Notes under the pieces: model-generated | Database searches by the model: none | Told to the model about the DNA's origin: nothing | The model's input: the letters and a program-made list of their open reading frames with translations, nothing else | Shown: positions 1-9,118 of the stretch, in pieces | How the letters are laid out: each line of letters starts with the position of its first letter | Position numbering within the stretch: the first letter of the stretch is position 1 | Program-made: the position numbers and the translations under genes | Assembly: GCA_964388715.1 (NCBI GenBank) | Contig: CAYMBN010000010.1 | Coordinates: 1-53,162 of the forward strand | DNA: 53,162 nucleotides | Origin: an uncultured Methanosarcinales archaeon | GTDB lineage: Archaea > Nanobdellota > Nanobdellia > Woesearchaeales > CAYMBN01 | Direction of reading: 5' to 3'

Positions 1-911
1 GATGGAGCATTCTTTTCAGCATCTTCAAACTTTTTACGAAGATTCTCTTCACTTTGCCCATAATATTTAGACATTATCTCAGGACCGTTGATAGTGATTA
101 AATAAGCGTTTGTTTCATTTGCAACTGCTTTAGCCAATAAAGTCTTACCTGTTCCAGGTGGACCATGTAATAAAACTCCTTTTGGAGGTTCTATTCCTAA
201 TTTTTCAAAAATTTCAGGATGTTTTAATGGAAGTTCAACCATTTCTCTTATTTTTTTAATTTCTTGATTAAGTCCACCAATATCTTCATAAGTAACATCA
301 ATCATACCTTCTTCTTGTACTTCAACAGCTTCAGGATTAAGTTCAACAGTAGTGCTATCTGTTATAACAACAGCTGTTTTAGCAGGAGTAACTCCAGCAA
401 TTACAAATTTGATTTCGCCAAAACCAAAACTTGCAAAGCTAGGATCAAGGATTTTGAAAATGTCTTCATCAAAAAATCCACTTCTTCCCATTGTAGAACG
501 TTTTCTTCTAGCACCACCTAGTGCAACAATATCCCCTTTTACAACACTTCTACCAAGTAGACCTTGTTTGAATAATTCTGCAGAACCTCTTATTAAAATA
601 CCTTTTCTTGCAGGTGCAAGTGTTACTTTTTTAGCCTCTTTAACATCAGCTCTTCTTATTTTTACAACTTCACCAATACCTGTCTTAGCATTTCTTCTTG
701 TAATACCATCCATTTTTACAATGTTAAGACCAATATCACCCGGATAAGCTCTATCAACAATAGCAACTGTTTTTCTCTCACCTTCCAATTCAACAAAATC
801 ACCAGGTCTTACACTAATTTGTTGCATAAAAGTTGTGTCAACTCTAACAATGCCTTTATCAACGTCATCTTGTACTGCTTCTGCAACTTTTAGCTCGATT
901 TCTTTTGTCAT
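1..911 (-). CDS. cdc48: Cdc48/VCP (VAT) family AAA+ ATPase, N-terminal part (runs off the window's left edge)
   Basis: Not in ORF track. Manual translation from ATG at 911: [25 protein letters not shown]...[78 protein letters not shown] (N-domain and D1 Walker A). Confidence 0.97.
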   Translation of the reverse strand, partial: MTKEIELKVAEAVQDDVDKGIVRVDTTFMQQISVRPGDFVELEGERKTVAIVDRAYPGDIGLNIVKMDGITRRNAKTGIGEVVKIRRADVKEAKKVTLAPARKGILIRGSAELFKQGLLGRSVVKGDIVALGGARRKRSTMGRSGFFDEDIFKILDPSFASFGFGEIKFVIAGVTPAKTAVVITDSTTVELNPEAVEVQEEGMIDVTYEDIGGLNQEIKKIREMVELPLKHPEIFEKLGIEPPKGVLLHGPPGTGKTLLAKAVANETNAYLITINGPEIMSKYYGQSEENLRKKFEDAEKNAP

Positions 912-974
912 TTTGTCAAAATGTTTGTTACCTCACATTTTTTCCAGATTAGTTTTTCCTTACAGAAAAATAAT

Positions 975-1418
975 CTAACCAATATAATTCTTTTCTTTAG
1001 GAGCACCTGCTGCAACTTTAGGCATTGGAATTGGAGGTGGCAGGTTAACTGTTTGACTCATTATCAATGCTTGTACATTACTTTTACCAAGTGCAGCATT
1101 TATAATTTGTGTCATCATATCCTTATCCAAAGATTTTTTCTCTTTCCAATCTTTAAGAACTTTCTTTATATTCTCAGGTTTGTCAACAAAAATAACTTCT
1201 CCACCAAGAGATATTTGACCAATCTCTTTTTTCTTTTCATCCTCATACTTTGTTACAAACTTAAATACAAATCTAATACCTTTTTGCTTTGTACTACCAA
1301 GAGTAAGCTCTTTTTCTTCTACTTTTTCAATACCAACATTATTGTTAATATTGATTTTACCTATCAAAGGTGCCTTTCTTTCAGCATCCATTTTCATAAA
1401 ATTAAATCCTACTATCAT
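975..1418 (-). CDS. Conserved archaeal hypothetical protein, possibly SecB-like fold
   Basis: GGTGA RBS 5 nt before ATG at 1418 (MIVGFNFMKM...). Beta-rich N-half, then a helix ending in NLPPPIPMPKV. Co-oriented with and directly upstream of cdc48. Confidence 0.6.
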   Translation of the reverse strand: MIVGFNFMKMDAERKAPLIGKININNNVGIEKVEEKELTLGSTKQKGIRFVFKFVTKYEDEKKKEIGQISLGGEVIFVDKPENIKKVLKDWKEKKSLDKDMMTQIINAALGKSNVQALIMSQTVNLPPPIPMPKVAAGAPKEKNYIG

Positions 1419-1507
1419 GTACATCACCTAAAAACTGCTATTTTTAACTCATATTTAAATTTTTAGGAATTAAATATATAAATGACCAAAAATTACCACT
1501 AATTCTA

Positions 1508-2407
1508 ATGAAAAAAACAATCATAATTGGCACAGTTGCACTAGATGATATTGAAACACCTTTTGGTAATATGAAAGATTTACTAGGAGGTTCTGCTACT
1601 TATGCAAGCTATGCAGCCTCATTTTTCACAAAACCAGGCATTGTAGCTGTTGTAGGAGACGATTTTCCACAACAGCATATTGATTTATTCAACAATCGTG
1701 GGATCTGCATAAAAGGCCTACAAAAACAAGGTAAAACATTCAGATGGCAAGGTTATTATGAATTTGACATGAACGAAGCAAAAACCCTAAAAACAGAACT
1801 CAATGCTTTAGAAAGCTTTAAACCAACGCTCCCTGAAGAATACAAAGATGCAGAATATGTATTTCTTGCAAATATTGACCCAGAACTACAATTAATGGTA
1901 ATTGAACAACTCAAAAACCCTAAACTTATCATAATGGACACAATGAATTTCTGGATTGAGAATAAAAAAGACAAAGTTCTTGAAGTAATAAACAAATCAA
2001 ACATTGTTTTATTAAACGATGGTGAAGCAAGACAACTTTTCAACACAACAAACCTGATACAAGCAGCAAACAAAACATTAGAGCTAAACACAAATACTGT
2101 AATAATCAAAAAAGGTGAACATGGTGCACTTTTATTTTGTGATGGAAAACATTTCAATGCACCAGGATACCCTTTGGAAAATGTTAAGGATCCAACAGGT
2201 TGTGGTGACACATTTGGTGGATCACTTCTTGGTTACCTTGCAAAAACACAAGACTTAAGTGAACCAAACATAAGAAAAGCTATTATTTATGCAAGTGCAA
2301 TTGCATCACACAATGCAGAAGATTTCTCACTAAATAATATGAAAAAAATAACTTTAGAAGATATAAACAAACGTTTCAATGAAATGAAAACAATGCGAGA
2401 ATTCTAA
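1508..2407 (+). CDS. PfkB/ribokinase-family carbohydrate/nucleoside kinase
   Basis: N-terminal GTVALD/GGSATY motif; C-terminal signature DPTGCGDTFGG. Confidence 0.92.
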   Translation: MKKTIIIGTVALDDIETPFGNMKDLLGGSATYASYAASFFTKPGIVAVVGDDFPQQHIDLFNNRGICIKGLQKQGKTFRWQGYYEFDMNEAKTLKTELNALESFKPTLPEEYKDAEYVFLANIDPELQLMVIEQLKNPKLIIMDTMNFWIENKKDKVLEVINKSNIVLLNDGEARQLFNTTNLIQAANKTLELNTNTVIIKKGEHGALLFCDGKHFNAPGYPLENVKDPTGCGDTFGGSLLGYLAKTQDLSEPNIRKAIIYASAIASHNAEDFSLNNMKKITLEDINKRFNEMKTMREF

Positions 2408-2697
2408 TCAACAGTAAACAACTCATTATCTCCATCAACATCAAATAATCCTAATCTTGCACCAGCATCTAACCAACCATGTGCATAATTCAATGCTGCA
2501 AATGCAGTTACAATATCACCTTTTTCTTGAAAGTGTTTTGCATCACTATAATACCTCTGTGCCATATCTAAAAAGTCTTCTGCACTCTTTTTCCAATCAA
2601 CACTCTTCTCACTGCCAATTTTAACCTTTTTCAGAGCTCTAGCTGTCACATCAAAGTACTTTTCAAGTTTTTCTCGTGTAATTTTGTTCATTTTCAC
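2404..2697 (-). CDS. DUF357 family protein
   Basis: Characteristic DMAQRYYSDAKHF..KGD.VTAFAALNYAHGWLDAGARLG. Confidence 0.9.
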   Translation of the reverse strand: MKMNKITREKLEKYFDVTARALKKVKIGSEKSVDWKKSAEDFLDMAQRYYSDAKHFQEKGDIVTAFAALNYAHGWLDAGARLGLFDVDGDNELFTVD

Positions 2698-2744
2698 TTG
2701 TTTTAATAGTTAAGTTTATAAAAGTTTGTCTTTTTTTAAAAAAT

Positions 2745-3791
2745 ATGATCACATTATTAGCAATTGGAGATTTAAAAGACTGGGATTCATATAAGAAGTT
2801 TATTAGACAGAAAAAATATTTCAGGAAACATAGTATCAAACTTAAGAAAGTTAGTTATGATTCTGTGTTAAATAATAAACTTCCAAATGTAAAAACTGAG
2901 AAATTAGTTATATTTCCTTTTTTCTGTTTTGAATATTGGGATAATAATATTGAAACTAAAAAGTATAAAGGTGTTTATGGTAATAGAATATTTTATTTTA
3001 AGTTTCAAAAGTTCTGGAAAACTATTGAGAAGAAAATTAGAGAATATTATAAAGGAAAGAAAATCTTTTTTGTTAATAATCCTAAAAAAATATATTATGA
3101 ACGTGATAAAGAACTCACAAAGAAGATTCTTAAGAAAAATAAAATTCCTGTTCCTCAACCTCATTACACACATAATCTAAAAGATGTTCTTAAGCTAGTT
3201 AATCAAGGAAAAAAACTTTACATCAAAGTAAGATATGGTTCAATGGGTAAAGGAATTACATACCTTGAAAAAAATAGATGGTTAACAAACTTCCGCTTTA
3301 GAAGAGGTAAAATAATAAGCAAAAAATCTGATTATGGATGGACTTTCAGAGATATAACTGGAAATAAACCATTCTTAAAAACATTATTAAAAGAAGATAT
3401 TATAATTGAAGATGCAATTAATCCTTTCTTATTAAAAGGAAGAAAATTTGATTTAAGATTATATGTTTGTTTTGGCAAAGTACTTTACATTTATCCAAGA
3501 AGTAACGATTGTGTTAAGATTACAACTAATATTTCTCAAGGAGCTACAGGGGAAGATAAGAAATTTTTAAATAGTGTACCTCCTAAACTAATGAAATTAT
3601 CTATCAAACATGCAATTAAATCTACAAGGGTAATGGGCCTTAATTTTGCAGGTGTTGATATAATGCCTGGTAATAGTGGAGGAAAAATAAAAGTTATTGA
3701 AGTTAATGCTTACCCAGGATTTCCAAGGATGAGAAGTTTTAATCTTTCTAAATATATTATCAAGGAGATAGCAAGTCAAAAATGGAAATAA
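2745..3791 (+). CDS. ATP-grasp ligase (RimK/YheCD-like)
   Basis: YIKVRYGSMGKGI, KFDLRLYV, TTNISQG, FAGVDIM, VIEVNAYPG ATP-grasp motifs. Confidence 0.85.
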   Translation: MITLLAIGDLKDWDSYKKFIRQKKYFRKHSIKLKKVSYDSVLNNKLPNVKTEKLVIFPFFCFEYWDNNIETKKYKGVYGNRIFYFKFQKFWKTIEKKIREYYKGKKIFFVNNPKKIYYERDKELTKKILKKNKIPVPQPHYTHNLKDVLKLVNQGKKLYIKVRYGSMGKGITYLEKNRWLTNFRFRRGKIISKKSDYGWTFRDITGNKPFLKTLLKEDIIIEDAINPFLLKGRKFDLRLYVCFGKVLYIYPRSNDCVKITTNISQGATGEDKKFLNSVPPKLMKLSIKHAIKSTRVMGLNFAGVDIMPGNSGGKIKVIEVNAYPGFPRMRSFNLSKYIIKEIASQKWK

Positions 3792-4246
3792 GAAAAGCAG
3801 AAAGGGATGATTTTGATGAATTACTCAAACTTAAACTAGAAGCAAAAGAACAAGAAAAAAAGTTTAATCCAAAACTAAAAACAAGCAACGACGTTCTTAG
3901 ACACTATAAAAGATATTTAACTCGGGACCTAAATAGTGAATGGAGAAAAATCCTTATTGCCACTAAAGGTAATCAAATAATTGGAATGATTCTTGGAAAG
4001 ATATTTCGTTCAATGTACATCAATGGCCATGAAAGAATAGGTTATATGACTAATCTTTATGTTAAAGAAGAGTATAGGAAGAATGGTGTTGCAATGAAAT
4101 TAATAAACTCTCTATTCAACTGGTTTAAATCAAAGGACTGCAAAGAACTCACTTTAGAAGTCTACGAAAAAAACAACAAAGCAAAACAACTCTTCACTAA
4201 GTTAGGCTTTGAGAATTATTCTGTGAAGATGGTTAGGAAGATTTAA
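3782..4246 (+). CDS. GNAT family N-acetyltransferase
   Basis: Acetyl-CoA motif LYVKEEYRKNGVA and N..A..LF.KLGF. Overlaps the ATP-grasp stop codon. Confidence 0.9.
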   Translation: MEIRKAERDDFDELLKLKLEAKEQEKKFNPKLKTSNDVLRHYKRYLTRDLNSEWRKILIATKGNQIIGMILGKIFRSMYINGHERIGYMTNLYVKEEYRKNGVAMKLINSLFNWFKSKDCKELTLEVYEKNNKAKQLFTKLGFENYSVKMVRKI

Positions 4247-5267
4247 ATCCACTTGCTTCTAAAACTTTTATACTTATCTTTTTCATGATTAATTCTTCTT
4301 TACCAAACACAAACTCTCCTTCTTTTGTCATAAGTCCTTTATTTATCTTATCTCTGTTTGCAACAGAAAGAACATATGGAAATATCATTGTACTTAAATG
4401 AATAGAACTTTCTCTTGGAATTGCAGAAGGTAAATTATCAATACATATGTGTGTGATCTCTTCAGATTTATACATAGGATTCTCCCATGTTGTTGGGATA
4501 CATGTTTCAACTGCCCCGTTTTTGTCACAAGAAATGTCAAGAATAAGAGATGTTTTTTTCATGTGTTTTAACATGTATCTTTTAAGCAGCTGTGGATCAG
4601 AAGGATACCAAACAACAGCATTCACAAGAATATCAATATACTTAAGATAACTAATCAAATTAGGTGTTTTTGTTCTGTCAAGAATGATCGGATTAATACC
4701 AGCTCTTTTAAGAATTAGTTGAACACCTCTTGAAACATTACCATTACCCATTATTGCAACAATTGGTTTTTTACTTATACTAGATAATTTCTCATAAGCT
4801 ACTTTAAATCCTACTTTTCTTAACCTTGGAAATTCTTTATTAAAAAATCTTAATCCTTCATACATACCAACAAGACCAGCTTCATAACCTAAATTAACAA
4901 GTCTTTTCTTATCATCATCCCTTATTTCTTCATAAGCATAACTTTCCACATTTCTTTTTATCAAAGTATTAAACAATTCAGGATTTTGCCCTTTTTCTAT
5001 ATGTAAATAACCCATAATAATTTGACTTTCTTTGATTGTGTTAATATTTGGTTCTTTAACTCTCACAACCATTTCACAATCATAAACTTTTTCTTTAATC
5101 TTAGCACCAGCCTTAACATATTCTTCATCAGAAAAACCAGAACCAACTCCAGCACTTTTCTCAACAAAAATCTTATGCCCAAACTCACTAAGTAGTTTCA
5201 CGTGTTTTGGAATCAAAGCTATCCTAAACTCACTATTCTTTGTTTCCTTTGGTATTCCAATTTTCAT
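4233..5267 (-). CDS. AlaDH/PNT-superfamily oxidoreductase (lysine-ketoglutarate reductase / N5-carboxyethylornithine synthase-like)
   Basis: Start reassigned to ATG 5267 (MKIGIPKETKNSEFRIAL). Rossmann IMGNGNVSRG, then LDISCD and IDNLPSAIPRESS. Confidence 0.8.
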   Translation of the reverse strand: MKIGIPKETKNSEFRIALIPKHVKLLSEFGHKIFVEKSAGVGSGFSDEEYVKAGAKIKEKVYDCEMVVRVKEPNINTIKESQIIMGYLHIEKGQNPELFNTLIKRNVESYAYEEIRDDDKKRLVNLGYEAGLVGMYEGLRFFNKEFPRLRKVGFKVAYEKLSSISKKPIVAIMGNGNVSRGVQLILKRAGINPIILDRTKTPNLISYLKYIDILVNAVVWYPSDPQLLKRYMLKHMKKTSLILDISCDKNGAVETCIPTTWENPMYKSEEITHICIDNLPSAIPRESSIHLSTMIFPYVLSVANRDKINKGLMTKEGEFVFGKEELIMKKISIKVLEASGFKSS

Positions 5268-5324
5268 CCTATTTAACAAAAAAAGCAATCTATTTATAAA
5301 CTTAACCAATTTTAATAAAAAATT

Positions 5325-6293
5325 ATGAAGATAAAACAACAATGTGAAGACTTTTTTGTAAAAGAAATCAATAAATTAAGTTTCAACAAGACAGGAAATT
5401 ATAATTATTTCTTATTAGAAAAAAAGAATTTCACAACAGAAAGAGCAATTGAAAAAATATGTAAAATCCTTAATATTAAAAGAAAAAACATAGGTTATGC
5501 AGGTAATAAAGACAAAATTGCTGTCACACAACAATATATCTCTATTTTTAACTGCAAAAAAAACAATAACCTTAATCAAAACAATATCAAATTAACTTTT
5601 CTAGGAAAAGGCAATGAAAGAATCTGTCTAGGCGATTTACAAGCAAACTATTTTGAAATTGTAATTCGAGATTTAAACAATTATAATATAAAAACTCCTC
5701 AAAAAATTTTCAATTACTTTGGAGAACAACGTTTTAGTAAAGATAATGTTGAAATAGGTAAAGCAATAATTAAAAAAGATTTTGAAAAAGCAATTAATCT
5801 TCTCATCAAACACACTGGCGATTACGAACAAAAAATCAAACAATACATAAAACAAAACCCAAACAATTACATCAATGCATTAAGATTAACTCCAAAAAAG
5901 ATACTGCAAATATTTGTGCATTCATATCAATCTTATCTTTGGAATAAAGTAATTAATACTTACAATGTAAGTATAAATAAAAAGAACACCAATACTCACA
6001 ATGTAAGTATCCCTATTTTGGGTTTTGGAACAGAGTTTAAGGATAAGAAAATTGAAGGTATTTACAATCAATTGATGGAAAAAGAAGGTATCACACAAAG
6101 AGACTTCATAATAAGATCCTTACCTCAATTATCAAGTGAAGGTACTGAAAGAAACATGTTTGCAGAAATCAAAGACTTCAAAATCATAAATAAATCAAAA
6201 GACGAACTAAATAACAAAAAATATAAAATAAAAGTCAGATTCACACTTCCAAAGGCAAGTTATGCTACTGAGGTAATACGTCAACTAATATGA
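5325..6293 (+). CDS. truD: tRNA pseudouridine(13) synthase TruD (compact form)
   Basis: IKQQCEDFFVKE, catalytic YAGNKDKIAVTQQ, NYFGEQRF, HSYQSYLWN, FTLPKASYAT. Confidence 0.95.
   Translation: MKIKQQCEDFFVKEINKLSFNKTGNYNYFLLEKKNFTTERAIEKICKILNIKRKNIGYAGNKDKIAVTQQYISIFNCKKNNNLNQNNIKLTFLGKGNERICLGDLQANYFEIVIRDLNNYNIKTPQKIFNYFGEQRFSKDNVEIGKAIIKKDFEKAINLLIKHTGDYEQKIKQYIKQNPNNYINALRLTPKKILQIFVHSYQSYLWNKVINTYNVSINKKNTNTHNVSIPILGFGTEFKDKKIEGIYNQLMEKEGITQRDFIIRSLPQLSSEGTERNMFAEIKDFKIINKSKDELNNKKYKIKVRFTLPKASYATEVIRQLI
5956..6010. repeat. Two 19-bp palindromes in tandem (36-bp period) inside truD
   Basis: ATACTTAC-AAT-GTAAGTAT at 5956-5974 and ATACTCAC-AAT-GTAAGTAT at 5992-6010. They encode NTYNVSI and NTHNVSI. 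Confidence 0.85.
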
Positions 6294-7705
6294 CATGGAT
6301 ATTATATGGACAAAGAGAAGGAGCAGATCCAATTCCAGTAGAACTTAAAATATGTTTTCAACATAATAATGATAAATTACGTGAATTCTTTGGTATTGAA
6401 CAAATGAGAACATTTGGTTTTTGGAAAAAAGGTTTTTGTTACTATTATTTTAATGAAGAAGATTCTAATAATATGAGTAACTCTTGTTATGACAAAATAA
6501 TAAATGTTCCTAATTTCTCAAAATTAGTCATTGAAAGAACAGAAACACTATGCAAAAAAGCTATAAATTTTGTTAAAAATTGGGAACCAGAATGGCTATC
6601 AAAACAATCTAATCAAGAATTAGCAGACAACTTCAACAAATGGCGTGATTACTATCAATTAGCATTTATGTCTGGGTTTATAACTACCATGGGCGTTAAA
6701 ATACTTCAAAGGGAATTGATCAGAATACTTGAACAAAAAGAACAAGATCCTTCCAAAAGAAACATTATGATGGCTATTTTAACAAAACCAAAAAAAACTT
6801 CTTTACTTACTAAAGCAAATGAAGAACTTAAACAGTTAGCTGATAAAGTAAAAAATGGACAAAAAATTTCTGACGAAATTTTAGAACAATACAGGAAAAA
6901 ATATATTTGGTTAGGACATGATTATTGTGGCCCTGCATTAACAATAGAAGAAGTTAAAAAAAGATTTAAAACCCTTATTAATCAAGAAGATAAAAAACAA
7001 ACAAGTTTAACATTTGAATCATTAGTTAAAAAATACAACCTAAACAAAAAAGAACAATCCTTATTTACAACAATGGGTGATCTTTCTTACATCAAAGAAT
7101 ATAGAAACACAACAGATGACTATATACATTATCATCTTAATATTTTTCTTAAGGAAATTGGTAAAAAATTTAATGAAACAGTTCCTAACCTAAGGTATTA
7201 TTGGGCAGATGAATTATTTAACCTTCTTTCAACAGGAAAAAAACTTTCACCAGACATCATCAAAGCAAAAAAATCTGCTTGTTTAAGTGATCCAACAAAT
7301 AACTTACATTTAATAGGAGAACAAGCAATAAATCATTTTAATAAAGAAATTGGAGAAGAAAAAATTGACAAAAATATAAAAGAATTCAAAGGAATCACAG
7401 CATCTCCAGGTAAAGTTCAGGGTAGGGTAAAAATAGTAGAAACAGTAAAAGATGTTAATAAAGTAAAACAAGGAGATATCCTTGTTTCACCAATGACTTC
7501 CCCAGGATATATACTTGCAATACACAAAGCAGCTGCAATTGTTACAAATGAAGGTGGTCTTACTTGTCATGCAGCAATAATCTCAAGGGAACTAAATATT
7601 CCTTGTGTAATCGGCACTAAAATAGCCACAAAAATCCTCAAAGACAATGACATCATAGAAGTAGACGCAAACAAAGGTGTTATAAAAAAACTACAGCATC
7701 AATAA
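6290..7705 (+). CDS. PEP-utilising-enzyme mobile (phospho-His swivel) domain protein with uncharacterised helical N-terminal region
   Basis: C-terminal KGITASPG...GDILVSPMTSP...[30 protein letters not shown]. No ATP-grasp or PEP-binding barrel recognised. Confidence 0.85.
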   Translation: MTWILYGQREGADPIPVELKICFQHNNDKLREFFGIEQMRTFGFWKKGFCYYYFNEEDSNNMSNSCYDKIINVPNFSKLVIERTETLCKKAINFVKNWEPEWLSKQSNQELADNFNKWRDYYQLAFMSGFITTMGVKILQRELIRILEQKEQDPSKRNIMMAILTKPKKTSLLTKANEELKQLADKVKNGQKISDEILEQYRKKYIWLGHDYCGPALTIEEVKKRFKTLINQEDKKQTSLTFESLVKKYNLNKKEQSLFTTMGDLSYIKEYRNTTDDYIHYHLNIFLKEIGKKFNETVPNLRYYWADELFNLLSTGKKLSPDIIKAKKSACLSDPTNNLHLIGEQAINHFNKEIGEEKIDKNIKEFKGITASPGKVQGRVKIVETVKDVNKVKQGDILVSPMTSPGYILAIHKAAAIVTNEGGLTCHAAIISRELNIPCVIGTKIATKILKDNDIIEVDANKGVIKKLQHQ

Positions 7706-8315
7706 CCTTTTTTACATCTGCAAAAATCTCATTAGGACTACCTTCTGCATCAATATTTTTAACCCTTTCTTCATAATACTTTATCAAAGGTTCTGTTTCC
7801 TTATGATATGTTTCTAACCTTGTCTTGATTACATCAGGTTTTTCATCAGGTCTTTGGTACAATTGTCCACCACATTTATCACAAACACCTTCCTCTTTAG
7901 GAGGCATATTTTTTAAATGGAATATTGCACCACATTCCTTACATATTCTTCTACCAGATAACCTTTCTACAATTGTTTTCTCACTTGCTTTGAGATTAAG
8001 AATAATGTCAATTTTCTGTTCTTTAAGTGATTCAGCTTGTTCAATTGTCCTTGGATACCCATCCAATAAAAAACCATATTTCTCAGAATCTTCTTTACCA
8101 ATCCTATCAAGCATCATTTGAATAATAATTTCATCAGGAACAAGAGTACCTTCCTCCATATATGGTTGAGCTTTTAACCCTAACTCTGTCTTTAGCTTAA
8201 GATTTTTCCGTAAAATATCACCACAAGACAAATGCATTAAACCATATTTTTTTGTAATCATTCCTGCAATTGTACCTTTTCCTACTCCTGGTTGTCCCAA
8301 TATTATTATATTCAT
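7680..8315 (-). CDS. adk: Adenylate kinase (bacterial-type, Zn-finger lid)
   Basis: GQPGVGKGT, HLSCGDILR, LDGYPRT, lid RRICKEC...CDKC. Confidence 0.95.
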   Translation of the reverse strand: MNIIILGQPGVGKGTIAGMITKKYGLMHLSCGDILRKNLKLKTELGLKAQPYMEEGTLVPDEIIIQMMLDRIGKEDSEKYGFLLDGYPRTIEQAESLKEQKIDIILNLKASEKTIVERLSGRRICKECGAIFHLKNMPPKEEGVCDKCGGQLYQRPDEKPDVIKTRLETYHKETEPLIKYYEERVKNIDAEGSPNEIFADVKKVIDAVVFL

Positions 8316-8881
8316 TTTTTAATACCTCTCTCCTGCATAAACTTGTCAATTTCCTGGTGAAATTCTTCAATCTTCTTAAAGTTATTGTTTATAGTAAAAT
8401 TAATATGTGGAAAAACATCTCTTCTTGTATGAAATGTATTTTCTTCTCTTTCATTCTGTTCAAGAAATTCTTCCCATGTTTCAGGATCTTTATCACGTCC
8501 TCTTTTATTTAATCTTCCAAATCTTACTTTATCATCAGCATGAATACAAATCAATTTATAATCTTCTTCTAAATATTCTTTTAATACAGAATAATCATAT
8601 ATCTGTCTGGTACCATTAAAAAGAGCCATCTTAGCATTACCTTCCTCAATACCTTTTATAATCTGTTTAGGCCAATACTTAACATCTTCATCAATCCTCT
8701 TTTTACCATGATCAACTTCATTTTTTCTTCCTTTAGGTAAACCTAACTGATCAAGTTCTCTTCTAACTAAAAAACCAGTTGAAAGATGTAAAAAACCATA
8801 TTCTTTTTCAACATAATCACAGAACATATCTTTACCTGACCCTATCAGTCCAGTAACCCCCCAAATAATTCTATCACTCAT
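8312..8881 (-). CDS. P-loop kinase, dephospho-CoA/NMP kinase-like
   Basis: Start reassigned to ATG 8881 because the upstream ORF extension lies within the tRNA. GVTGLIGSGKD Walker A, R..RL..RGR lid. Confidence 0.75.
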   Translation of the reverse strand: MSDRIIWGVTGLIGSGKDMFCDYVEKEYGFLHLSTGFLVRRELDQLGLPKGRKNEVDHGKKRIDEDVKYWPKQIIKGIEEGNAKMALFNGTRQIYDYSVLKEYLEEDYKLICIHADDKVRFGRLNKRGRDKDPETWEEFLEQNEREENTFHTRRDVFPHINFTINNNFKKIEEFHQEIDKFMQERGIKK

Positions 8882-8889
8882 TTTGAAAA

Positions 8890-8977
8890 AGCCTCTGATG
8901 GGAATTGCACCCACGACCTGCGGCTTACTTTGAAGTATCTTACAAGGCCGCCGCAATAGCTACTATGCTACAGAGGC
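8890..8977 (-). tRNA. tRNA-Thr(TGT) with a 15-nt intron at canonical 37/38 (intron 8926-8940)
   Basis: Minus strand: GCCTCTG TA GCAT..TTGC G GCGGC CT TGT A [AGATACTTCAAAGTA] A GCCGC AGGTC GTGGG TGCAATT CCCAT CAGAGGC T. TATA box TTTATAAA at 9002-9009; CCA not encoded. Confidence 0.93.
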
Positions 8978-9012
8978 ATATAATCAAAAGATAAACCACT
9001 ATTTATAAAATT

Positions 9013-9035
9013 TTTGGAAATCAAGGATTTTCAAA
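9013..9035. repeat. REP-like palindrome (triloop family)
   Basis: TTTGGAAATC-AAG-GATTTTCAAA (one G.T pair), followed by the linker AAACAGTTT. Confidence 0.6.
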
Positions 9036-9118
9036 CAGTTTAAAAATTATTTAATTTTTAAAATTTATTGTTTTATTTAACCAAAAGGTTTAAATACAAT
9101 CTTTTCTTAAATATCAAT

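Noticed and set aside
264..1466. Plus-strand ORFs 264-521, 352-747 and 921-1466
   Set aside because: Antisense shadows of cdc48 and its upstream gene. The same applies to most short opposite-strand ORFs in the track (e.g. 29931-30578, 46694-48115, 48885-49463).
8882..8956. N-terminal extension of the 8312-8956 ORF
   Set aside because: Lies inside tRNA-Thr; the real start is ATG 8881.
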